Positions 38,933-47,077 of a stretch of 64,000 nucleotides of DNA are shown piece by piece (the first letter of the stretch is position 1; each line of letters starts with the position of its first letter). Below the pieces are notes generated by a model. That model ran no database searches and was not told the DNA's origin. It was given only the letters and a program-made list of their open reading frames with translations. The stretch is taken from positions 2,792 to 66,791 of the forward strand of contig JAFGUF010000016.1 in assembly GCA_016938675.1 (NCBI GenBank). Direction: 5' to 3'. Source of the stretch: Clostridia bacterium. Its GTDB lineage: Bacteria; Bacillota; Clostridia; Christensenellales; UMGS416. Made by a program: the position numbers and the translations under genes.

Positions 38933-39617
38933 TTTTCATAACCTCCAAATATATGCTCTTTATGGAACTGCCGTTTTCAGACCGCAAGGTATCACAGTCC
39001 TCAAAAAGCATGACTTTACCGTTCTTTATAAATAATACCTTGTCAAAGAGCCTCTCCACCTCATCTATAAGATGGGTCGCAAGAATAATGGTCACATCCT
39101 CCGAGATACAGTCAAAAATTGTATTCATCACTTGCTCTCTTGAGAGTGTATCTATACCACCTAGCGGTTCATCCAGCAGAAATACTCTAGCCCTTCTTGA
39201 TAATACCAGTCCCAGTCGCAGTTTCTGCAGCACTCCTTTAGAAAGATCAATTATGCTTTCATTGTCTTTAAGTCCAAACTTTTCTTTCATTAATATAAAC
39301 TTCTCTTTATCAAAATCATAAAATAAATTATCATAAAACTTTTCAATATCTTTTACCTTCATCCATCTGTAAAGATTATTATTCTCCGGAAAATAAGATA
39401 CTATAGATTTTGTATATTCTCCGATTTGTCTTTTATCAATATATATATTTCCGTCATCCTGCTTCAGCGAACCTGCCAATATATTCATCAGCGTACTTTT
39501 CCCGCTCCCGTTCGGTCCTAAAAGACCCAACACTCTCCCCTGCTCTATCTCAAAGCTAAAGTCACAAAGTGCCGTTTTTTGATTATATTTTTTATTCAGG
39601 TTTTTTACATTAATCAT
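38925..39617 (-). CDS. ABC transporter ATP-binding protein
   Basis: Walker A GPNGSGKST, signature-like LSKGVLQK, Walker B VFLLDEP. Confidence 0.85.
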   Translation of the reverse strand: MINVKNLNKKYNQKTALCDFSFEIEQGRVLGLLGPNGSGKSTLMNILAGSLKQDDGNIYIDKRQIGEYTKSIVSYFPENNNLYRWMKVKDIEKFYDNLFYDFDKEKFILMKEKFGLKDNESIIDLSKGVLQKLRLGLVLSRRARVFLLDEPLGGIDTLSREQVMNTIFDCISEDVTIILATHLIDEVERLFDKVLFIKNGKVMLFEDCDTLRSENGSSIKSIYLEVMKND

Positions 39618-39987
39618 TTATTTCACCTTTATTTAGATATTGTTCTATTGCTTTCTTTATATCAAAATCACTCAAACCCATTTTACTCATCTTGTCTGTA
39701 AAATCGGATATCTCTTTGCTTACAAATTCATCAAGCAGCTTTTTTATCTTTACTTTGTCATCCGTCACAAACGAACCCATTCCCCGTCTGGTATGGCATA
39801 ATCCTTTTTGCTCTATTTCTCTATATGCCCGTTGTATAGTGTTCGGATTTACCTGAAATTGGTTGGCCAAATCCCTCACAGAAGGCAATTTATCGCCTGG
39901 CGAGAGCCTTGAGGATATTATCTCGTTCTCAAGCCACTTTACCACCTGAATATAGATAGGAATGTTATTGTCAAAATCGCAATTCAA
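39610..39987 (-). CDS. GntR-family (YtrA-subfamily size) transcriptional regulator
   Basis: IPIYIQVVKWLENEIISSRLSPGDKLPSVRDLANQFQVNPNTIQRAYREIEQKG, 125 aa. Confidence 0.85.
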   Translation of the reverse strand: MNCDFDNNIPIYIQVVKWLENEIISSRLSPGDKLPSVRDLANQFQVNPNTIQRAYREIEQKGLCHTRRGMGSFVTDDKVKIKKLLDEFVSKEISDFTDKMSKMGLSDFDIKKAIEQYLNKGEIND

Positions 39988-40015
39988 AATATACCGTCCT
40001 AATTTAGCTCTGTAT

Positions 40016-40059
40016 TACTGTATTAAGATTATAATACAGTAGTGGTGTCGTTTTGTCAA
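40016..40059 (-). promoter_or_regulatory. Promoter with overlapping perfect 10-bp inverted repeat (candidate GntR operator) for the GntR-ABC-PAP2 cassette
   Basis: Minus strand has TTGACA (40059-40054), 17 nt, TATTAT(AAT). Inverted repeat TACTGTATTA (40016-40025) / TAATACAGTA (40032-41) brackets the -10. CTGTATTA is also tandemly duplicated. Confidence 0.55.
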
Positions 40060-40126
40060 TACTGCTTAGTTTATATGTGCTTAATATATCGTCTATATAA
40101 ACTACAAAAGATATATAAAGAAAATA

Positions 40127-40240
40127 CTCCGGATTCGACATACTATTGGGGGCAATCATTATTCACTAGAACTTTTTATTTAATAATTATTAGTGGATGG
40201 ATTATAAAAATCTTATGCCACACATTACGTGTGGCATTTT
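40127..40240 (+). repeat. Module copy 5 (most diverged): T-loop-like GGATTCGA, GGGGGCAATCA, AT-rich spacer, ATGCCACAC hairpin
   Basis: CTCCGGATTCGACATACTATTGGGGGCAATCA...CTT-ATGCCACAC-ATTAC-GTGTGGCAT-TTTC. Confidence 0.55.
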
Positions 40241-40314
40241 CTATTTAAATCTAATAAATGCAATCAAATTTTTTGTTGCATTAGCAAGCCTATTTGAATT
40301 AGAACAAAACCCAT

Positions 40315-41379
40315 TTATTTACGCAAAATCCGCAGTATTCGGTTATAAACTGCTGTTGCCACCATCACTTTTGTTCCACCCTGTGTATCAAAAAGATCAA
40401 TTAAGGGTGTCCCACCATTTGTATTAACAAACTGGACTACAACAGTATCAATATCTTCTTGATAATAGGCAATACTGTAGTAACCCAGTACCCAGCCGGT
40501 ATGCCCGTATTCATAAATCGAAGAATAAATCGCCTGCTCATTATCATTAAATAATGAGCCGTCATTCAGCGCTCTAATGAATGAACCTACATCCTCCGCT
40601 GTAGCCACCATACCAGTGTCAATATCCTTGAAATCATCTTCTGAGCCAACGTAATATCCACTCATCACATCATTAATATCCACTTCACTCAACGAAAAAT
40701 AGGTGCTTTCCAGCCCCAGTGGTTTCAAAATCTCTTCTTTAATATATTCAGTATGGCTATATCCTAAAGCTTTATCAAGAATACCACTTAGCAACAAGTA
40801 GTTTGTATTTGAATAACTATAATTCTCATCCGGCGCAAAAGCTGCTGGCTTATCAAAAATTAAAGCTAGAGATTCCTCAATGGTTTTTGATGATTCATCC
40901 CACCTGAATCCAGGCTGATCTGTATAATTTAATAAACCACTACGGTGCTGTATCATCATTCTTACAGTAATCCGCTCTGCGTATTCAATTCTACCCAAAA
41001 GTTCTGGGAAGTAATCAGTCAGCTTATCATCTAGGGATATAAGCTCATCATTTACCATCATAGCAGCCGCAGCGGCGATATACAATTTGCTGATACTGCC
41101 AATTTTGAAATACGATTGCGAATCAGCTGGAATTTGATTATCCCTGTCTTTCCATCCTGCAGTGTAAAATTCTGGCGGCTGACCAGCCTCATCCACATAG
41201 ACGATGATTCCATCTAGCCCAAGTTTGATTGATCTATCAACTTCCTCTTGGATTGTATCAGGCAGTGGTGTCATCATTGCCCAGAGCCCATCCCAAGGAG
41301 GAAACCCTACAATACAAGTTATAGCAAAGATAATCATTACAATTCTTAATACTAAAACTATTTTTTTCTTTTTATTCAT
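40315..41379 (-). CDS. Serine hydrolase of the class C beta-lactamase / penicillin-binding family, N-terminal membrane anchor
   Basis: S-x-x-K (GSISKLY), Y-S-N (YSYSNTNY), H-T-G (YGHTGWV). Confidence 0.75.
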   Translation of the reverse strand: MNKKKKIVLVLRIVMIIFAITCIVGFPPWDGLWAMMTPLPDTIQEEVDRSIKLGLDGIIVYVDEAGQPPEFYTAGWKDRDNQIPADSQSYFKIGSISKLYIAAAAAMMVNDELISLDDKLTDYFPELLGRIEYAERITVRMMIQHRSGLLNYTDQPGFRWDESSKTIEESLALIFDKPAAFAPDENYSYSNTNYLLLSGILDKALGYSHTEYIKEEILKPLGLESTYFSLSEVDINDVMSGYYVGSEDDFKDIDTGMVATAEDVGSFIRALNDGSLFNDNEQAIYSSIYEYGHTGWVLGYYSIAYYQEDIDTVVVQFVNTNGGTPLIDLFDTQGGTKVMVATAVYNRILRILRK

Positions 41380-41778
41380 TTATAAACTCCTTTCAAGCTG
41401 CCTTGAATAAGTAAAATATCTATTCTGTTTAATGCCGTCCACCTAATTTTATTGGATGGTATGTTTCTATAATAAATAGTACTTTAGTAATTATTATATT
41501 AAGACACAAAGAGTTGTTAATCAAGCAATATTCAATTAACCCAACTATTTTCGGCCTTTGTTAGTGATTAATTATATAAACCATTGTCTTTGATTCAACA
41601 TAATTTTGTACAGCATGAAAATCAGCAGCCACATTTAGTATATGTTAATTTTAAAAGAATCTTGATTATAGAACCTAAATCTTGATTAAGTAATATACAC
41701 CGCAATGCCTAGTATATAGATAGCAGTGGGCAGTGTGACAATATTCAACAAAATCAGAAAGAAAAGAGGCGAAATCCT

Positions 41779-42065
41779 ATGTTAAAAGACTTTGGAAGAA
41801 ACTAAAAGAAACTGGAGAAAACGCACTTGATAAAACAAAAAAAGTGGCAGAGATAGCAAACCTGAATTTGAAAATCAATAAGAGTGAAAGCGACTTGGAA
41901 AAGGCAATGCTAGCTTTAGGAAAGAAGTTCTACTCAAATGTACAGGGAACGCTGCCGGAAGAGTATAAATCCGAATTCGGTACAATAGAAAAAATAAAAG
42001 CGGATATTAGCGAAATGAAGGTAAAGATTGCCGAATTGAAAGAAGACAAGGAGACAGAAGAATAA
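41779..42065 (+). pseudogene. Small coiled-coil protein gene with apparent 1-nt frameshift near the 5' end (or a GTG-initiated 73-aa remnant)
   Basis: ATG at 41779 (AGAGG upstream) reads MLKDFGRN then stops. The frame of the listed ORF is open from 41739 and reads ...LWKKLKETGENALDKTKKVAEIANL... One extra A in GGAAG would join the two frames. Confidence 0.35.
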
Positions 42066-42327
42066 AAAACCAACACTATCATTAACCAGCAGAAATAATC
42101 TACTGGTTAAATACTCTGTACGCTTGAATATAGTTTGCACTAGCTTGCTGGTATTGAGCAATAACCATTGATAGGTACTGAAGTATAATAAATATCTCTT
42201 AATAATATTATGTAGGCTGAGAAATTATACCCCTAGATATAATTCCGTTTGCACTACACTTTTGATGTTGCGCTGAAATTGCTTGTGTTCTAAAAATCAT
42301 TGCAAGATTGCCAAGATAATCACCAGC

Positions 42328-43788
42328 TTACTTGTTGTTGCTTAGGTTATTATTTGTTTGATATCTCATTGTTGTAAAGTAGGCATCCTTATTCTTTCTA
42401 TATTGAAGTTGTGGAATGATCAGCAGAAGCGGAATTAAAACTAACGGCACAATAATTCCTAAATAACTCGATAGAACCATAGTACCCGCCCATAGAGTTG
42501 CCCAGTCAAACATCCCCATCCAGCCTATGATTTGCTTCGGCCCTACAAGATAGGTCAGTACCCAAGCTGAACCAAACACCTGAATTAACCCCGCAAAAAA
42601 AGGAATAATTGCTGCCGCTTTGCGTCCTCCAGCCTTATTTGCATACACCGCCAGCGTGCCATTATCAATAAATAAACAAATGAATCCCGAAAGTATCAAT
42701 ACAGGGGATTTAAGCAATATTAAAGTAAATATAGCAATTAACTGACCAATCAATCCGAAAATAAACCCGTAAATAGGTGCTTGAATTGAGTAGCTAAAAG
42801 TCACTACACAATCAACAGCCGGCACTGAGCCCTTTAGAATTTTATCCGAAATACCTTTAAATGACTGAGTAAGCTCAGCAACAAACATTTTTACACCCAT
42901 CAGAAGAATAGTTATATAAACTGCAAAATATGCACATGTCTCCCATACATATGTTGCAAAATAGTAATTATCCGAATCATATGCAAAGTTCTCTTTCCCC
43001 AAAAGCAGCATAATTGTACCAACGAATACGGTCATTATCAATGCGTTTGCGACAACTGAATCGTTAAGGATGGATAAGAAACCCGGTGCCTTTATTTCAT
43101 TAACATCATGGCTTTTGTTGCCAACTTTACCGGCAATCTTGTATGCCAGCCATATGCCAAGCATTTGCTGATGGCCAACCGAGAATCCTTCACCATTTGT
43201 AACGTCCTGTGTGGGCTCTACAATCAGATTGCTCATCACTGACCAGTAAGTGCCAACCAAAAGCCCAGTTGTAATGAGAAGGGGCGCAGAGACTGCATCG
43301 CCGCCTGTCCCTTCTATCACCCAGTATAGTGCCCATAGCATTACTGCTGACTGCATGTACATTATATGCCCTGTAATAAACAAGGTTCTGATTTTTGTGA
43401 ATTTGCGTAACGCAACAAGAAAAATATTGAACGCAAACGCAATCATCATTACATATCCCACGAAAGCAAGCGAATCAACGGAATCCAGAAACTCAGTTGC
43501 CGAGGTTTGACCATAGTACGGATCAATGACCAATGCTGTAATACCATACTTAGAAGCTAGCAGGTCTATAATTGGCCTGAATACTCCTACAAGCCCGCTG
43601 GTGCCAATCTGCAGTATTTTAAATCCTACGTATGTCTTGATGAATCCGGCAAGCGCTTTGTACCATTTCTCCTTAAGCATCAAATATCCGATAAATACAA
43701 CTGTGCCCAGAAGCAAAGGTGCCTGTCCCAAAAACTTATTGAAAAAACTTAAAAATCCTGTAGCTAACCAATCCATAAAAGCCCCCAT
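42328..43788 (-). CDS. PTS ascorbate-type (SgaT/UlaA family) EIIC permease
   Basis: About 480 aa, polytopic, N-terminus MDWLATGFLSFFNKFLGQAPLLLG...IKTYVGFKILQ typical of UlaA. The true start may be the ATG at 43776. Confidence 0.7.
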   Translation of the reverse strand: MGAFMDWLATGFLSFFNKFLGQAPLLLGTVVFIGYLMLKEKWYKALAGFIKTYVGFKILQIGTSGLVGVFRPIIDLLASKYGITALVIDPYYGQTSATEFLDSVDSLAFVGYVMMIAFAFNIFLVALRKFTKIRTLFITGHIMYMQSAVMLWALYWVIEGTGGDAVSAPLLITTGLLVGTYWSVMSNLIVEPTQDVTNGEGFSVGHQQMLGIWLAYKIAGKVGNKSHDVNEIKAPGFLSILNDSVVANALIMTVFVGTIMLLLGKENFAYDSDNYYFATYVWETCAYFAVYITILLMGVKMFVAELTQSFKGISDKILKGSVPAVDCVVTFSYSIQAPIYGFIFGLIGQLIAIFTLILLKSPVLILSGFICLFIDNGTLAVYANKAGGRKAAAIIPFFAGLIQVFGSAWVLTYLVGPKQIIGWMGMFDWATLWAGTMVLSSYLGIIVPLVLIPLLLIIPQLQYRKNKDAYFTTMRYQTNNNLSNNK

Positions 43789-43983
43789 ATCTCTATTTAG
43801 CAGACCATCTTAATCCATTGATTATAGCAATACGCCTTATGTATGTCTACTGATTTAGGGTGGCTGTTCGGCTTCCGCCTTTCTACACGTCTGATTTTTA
43901 TAATCAAATGACCGGCAGCAGTATATCTTTTTGCCTTGCGGTGTTATAGTATATATTCATTATCTAACGACAATATTTCTCGG

Positions 43984-44538
43984 CTACCTTATCCACTCGT
44001 AAACATCCATATTCCGCTTAGGCTTATTGAAAACTTTCTCCGGATTTTCATATCCCAGACATACAGCAAAATATGGTTTGTAGCCATCCTTCAGGTTCAA
44101 TTTTTTACGGCTCTCATCAAGCTTAAAGTAATGATCTATCAGCCCAACCCATACAGCACCAATACCTAGGCTTGTTGCTGCCAGCATCATATTCTCTATT
44201 GCAGCACTGCTGTCTTCAACCGGGGAATACGCCTCTTGGCTTGCAGATACTATAATGACTGTTGGCGCCTTGTGCAGAACATGATATCTTTCATTGCTTC
44301 CGAATTTTAATATCCAGTCTTCGTCTGATTTGCGCATTTCCTCTTTTGCTTTTAGATTCATGTGATCTATCAAATCTTCATTCTGTACAATTGTATAGTA
44401 TACAGACTGTGCATTGTGGCCGCTTGGTGCTTGTATCCCCGCCTCAACGATTGATTTTATATCATCATCAGAAATCTGTTTTTCTAAAAACTTTCTTACG
44501 CTCTTTCGTTCATATATATTTTTTATTACTGAATTCAT
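43984..44538 (-). CDS. Nitroreductase-family protein
   Basis: RKSVRKF...APSGHNAQ...; 184 aa. Confidence 0.8.
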   Translation of the reverse strand: MNSVIKNIYERKSVRKFLEKQISDDDIKSIVEAGIQAPSGHNAQSVYYTIVQNEDLIDHMNLKAKEEMRKSDEDWILKFGSNERYHVLHKAPTVIIVSASQEAYSPVEDSSAAIENMMLAATSLGIGAVWVGLIDHYFKLDESRKKLNLKDGYKPYFAVCLGYENPEKVFNKPKRNMDVYEWIR

Positions 44539-44539
44539 T

Positions 44540-45028
44540 TTATTTATCCTTCTCTGTCAATACTTTTTTATTATTTGCTCCGTTTTCCAGAGCTTCGGCA
44601 ATGCCGTTTATTTCCTTAACCATTTCTTCGCCTTTTTCATAGCTTATTATTTTTGAGTAGCTGTGATGCAGCTTTCTCCAGTGTTTTACTATTTGCTCCT
44701 GGATGTCTTCGCCCTCCTTAGTAAGGCTTATTATGCTGTTCCTTCCTGTTATGGTTCGCTCTACATATCCGTGATACATCATCTTGTCTACCAATCTTGT
44801 CAAAGTAGACTGAGCAATAAATAACTCCTCTGCCAGCGCCTTTGATGAAATGCCCGGATGATCCTTAAGCTCCATCAATAAATATGCGTATGTCGGAGAA
44901 AGCCCTAAGGGTTTAAATGTTTCTTCTGCCAGTTTTGTTATTACTCTGTTTAGGCGGTTAGATGCAAAATATAAACAACAGTTTTTTACTTCATTGGCCA
45001 ATTTCTTTGCCTCCTTATAAATGTTCAA
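44540..45028 (-). CDS. MarR-family transcriptional regulator
   Basis: LGLSPTYAYLLMELKDHPGISSKALAEELFIAQSTLTRLVDKMMYHGYVER. Confidence 0.85.
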   Translation of the reverse strand: MNIYKEAKKLANEVKNCCLYFASNRLNRVITKLAEETFKPLGLSPTYAYLLMELKDHPGISSKALAEELFIAQSTLTRLVDKMMYHGYVERTITGRNSIISLTKEGEDIQEQIVKHWRKLHHSYSKIISYEKGEEMVKEINGIAEALENGANNKKVLTEKDK

Positions 45029-45036
45029 TTCAGTTC

Positions 45037-45453
45037 TTATGTTGGCGGCATTACAGTTGCCGTTCCCTTAAGAACCAATATTCCTTCTTGATTTGTGCAG
45101 ATCGTCTCAAGCCTTACACGATTTTTTTCTTCAATTAATTCAACAACCTCAGCTTCTGCCAATATAGTATCTCCTATTCTCACAGGGGCAATAAACTTCA
45201 GATCCTGAGCTAAGTAAATAGATCCCGGCCCGGGAAGCTGCACTCCCAATACCGCCGAAATCAGGCCAGCCGTCAGCATTCCATGAGCCACTCTACCCTC
45301 AAATATCGTATTCTTTGCTGCTACTTCGTTTACATGTGCTGGGTTAATATCTCCTGTAATTCCTGCATAAAGATAAACATCTGACTCTGAAATCGTCTTT
45401 TGAAAGCTAGCTTTGTCGCCAATTTTTATCTCCTTAATGGTTTTCCCTTTCAT
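45037..45453 (-). CDS. MaoC-like (R-specific enoyl-CoA hydratase-type) dehydratase
   Basis: ISESDVYLYAGITGDINPAHVN...GRVAHGML. Start set at MKGKTIKEI (GAAGGAG lies upstream) because the longer ORF covers the promoter. Confidence 0.8.
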   Translation of the reverse strand: MKGKTIKEIKIGDKASFQKTISESDVYLYAGITGDINPAHVNEVAAKNTIFEGRVAHGMLTAGLISAVLGVQLPGPGSIYLAQDLKFIAPVRIGDTILAEAEVVELIEEKNRVRLETICTNQEGILVLKGTATVMPPT

Positions 45454-45489
45454 TTTAATGCTCCTTCTTGCGGACTTTCGATTTATTTG

Positions 45490-45530
45490 CTTGTACATAC
45501 AAGTATATTTAATATATTGGTTTTTATCAA
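45490..45530 (-). promoter_or_regulatory. Promoter (TTGATA-17-TATACT) with adjacent palindrome CTTGTA-N2-TACAAG (candidate MarR operator)
   Basis: Minus strand has -35 at 45530-45525, -10 at 45507-45502 and a palindrome at 45490-45503 overlapping the -10 and +1. Confidence 0.5.
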
Positions 45531-45742
45531 CTAGTTTCTGTTGCTTATTTTCACTGTAACCGAAAAAATTTATCATTGGTAATGCAGCTAAATGCCATAA
45601 AAATAGTGCTTCGTAATAAACATAAATTTTATTCTATTTATATATAACTATGTCTGAAAATTTCCGTTCACAACGCTTTCTCTTTACATGAACATACGGA
45701 AATATTATAATATAATAACAGAAGAAGAAGTGAGGAAATAGA

Positions 45743-46609
45743 ATGTACAACCTGATATTTAACCCTGCAGCAGGACATGGAAGAAGCCAGAAGCAGCTGG
45801 ACATAGTAACAGAAATACTCGACAAGAAGAATATTGCCTATTCCGTGCACAAAACCGAACAACCCGGACATGCGACAGAGATAGCAAAGGCCCTAATTGC
45901 AAAGGGCGAAAAGACAATAGTAGCTGTCGGGGGAGATGGAACCGTTGCTGAGGTCGCAAAGGCAGTTTACGGAACAGGTGCCGCGCTGGGAATTATACCG
46001 GCAGGCACAGGCAATGACTACCGCCGTGCGGTAGGCGTGCCCGATGAAATAGAAAAATCTATTGATTTTATTTTAAATGGCAAACCCGTAGCTTGTGATG
46101 CAATAGAATGCAACGGAGAAGTCTATTTGAATATCGTTTCCATGGGATTTGATGTAGAGGTTGTGGACAGGGCGTCAAAATACAAGCTTTTTGGTTCTGC
46201 TGCGTATACTCTGGCTGCAATAGACAGAGCACTATTTGCAAAGAACCTTTACGCCAATATTACAATAGACGGCAAAACAACCAGAAAAAACATACTTCTC
46301 ACCGCTATAGGAAATGGCTCCCACTATGGGGGAGGAATGAACTCTCTGCCCACCGCAGACATAACAGACGGGCTTTTGGATATATGCATTATAGAAGCTA
46401 CTACATCCTTTAAAATACTAAGCCTGCTTCCTAAATACATGGCAGGACAGCATATGGATATGGATTTAGTCGAAATGCACAAAGCAAAAGAGATAACAAT
46501 TGAGCTGGAAGATAAGGCCCTTCCGATTAATGCAGACGGAGAAATCCTGCCGCCTTCAAAAACATTAAATGTCAAGATTCTCAAAGGCTTGATAAACGTG
46601 ATAAGATAA
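45743..46609 (+). CDS. Diacylglycerol/lipid kinase (YegS/DagK family)
   Basis: NPAAGHG..., GGDGTVAEV, PAGTGNDY. Confidence 0.85.
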   Translation: MYNLIFNPAAGHGRSQKQLDIVTEILDKKNIAYSVHKTEQPGHATEIAKALIAKGEKTIVAVGGDGTVAEVAKAVYGTGAALGIIPAGTGNDYRRAVGVPDEIEKSIDFILNGKPVACDAIECNGEVYLNIVSMGFDVEVVDRASKYKLFGSAAYTLAAIDRALFAKNLYANITIDGKTTRKNILLTAIGNGSHYGGGMNSLPTADITDGLLDICIIEATTSFKILSLLPKYMAGQHMDMDLVEMHKAKEITIELEDKALPINADGEILPPSKTLNVKILKGLINVIR

Positions 46610-46704
46610 TGTTCAAAATAATATTACAAAAAATCTCTTTACCACGCTAAAATTGCATGGTATTATTTAAAAAATAGGAAATAAACTAGAGAAAGGATAA
46701 TAAA

Positions 46705-46917
46705 ATGGCTGTAAAAGTTAATAAAGATATGACAATCAACGAAGTGCTGCAGCTGGACAGAAGAACCGCTCCTTTATTTATGGAGTTCGGAATGCACTGC
46801 CTGGGCTGCCCAATGTCAACAAACGAAAGCATTGAAGACGCATGTGCAACACATGGTGTCAGCGCTGACGAGCTGATTGATCAAATAAATGATTTTTTCG
46901 AACAAAACACACTATAA
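46705..46917 (+). CDS. DUF1858-type small redox-associated protein
   Basis: MTINEVLQLDRRTAPLFMEFGMHCLGCPMSTNESIEDAC. Confidence 0.65.
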   Translation: MAVKVNKDMTINEVLQLDRRTAPLFMEFGMHCLGCPMSTNESIEDACATHGVSADELIDQINDFFEQNTL

Positions 46918-46939
46918 AAAGTAAAAAGGAGAGTTTAAT

Positions 46940-47077
46940 ATGAAAGTATATGTTTGCACAGTTTGTGGTTACGAGTACGACGAAGAGGCTGAAGGCGTTC
47001 TTTTTGAAGATCTGCCGGAAGACTACGAATGCCCACTCTGCGGCGCAGGAAAAGACGCTTTCGAGGTAAAGGAATGA
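46940..47077 (+). CDS. Rubredoxin (45 aa; below the ORF-track size cut-off)
   Basis: Manual translation gives [45 protein letters not shown], with two CxxCG knuckles, a GGAGAG RBS, and a stop that overlaps the next start (ATGA). Confidence 0.85.
   Translation: MKVYVCTVCGYEYDEEAEGVLFEDLPEDYECPLCGAGKDAFEVKE

Larger units (their letters stand above)
32399..40240. mobile_element. tRNA-Asn-anchored array of small accessory gene cassettes separated by pseudo-tRNA-3'-end/terminator modules; no recombinase gene inside (the right end may extend to ~41400)
   Basis: Five decayed copies of the tRNA-Asn 3' end plus downstream hairpins partition the region. The DNA is visibly more AT-rich and the content is accessory. 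See findings. Confidence 0.5.

Noticed and set aside
32399-41400. Classical prophage or integrative element with its own integrase
   Set aside because: I read every ORF of 60 aa or more in the interval. None shows tyrosine-recombinase (R..H..R..Y), serine-recombinase, DDE-transposase or phage structural signatures. The region is therefore described as an integrase-less cassette array rather than a prophage or ICE.
41380-41778. Search for a sixth module copy, att site or small RNA in the AT-rich gap after the hydrolase gene
   Set aside because: I found only a short direct repeat (AATCTTGATTA twice, at about 41668 and 41688). There is no GGGGAGCCA, no ATGCCACAC hairpin and no convincing promoter/terminator pair.
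43789-43983. Possible riboswitch or RAT antiterminator in the leader of the PTS EIIC gene
   Set aside because: There is some GC-rich pairing potential (GGCGGAAGCCGAACAGCC), but I recognise no motif. It cannot be supported without folding or covariance analysis.
45454-45576. N-terminal 41-aa extension of the MaoC-like ORF
   Set aside because: It overlaps a TTGATA-17-TATACT promoter and a palindrome. The translation is non-homologous, and a good RBS precedes the internal ATG at 45453.
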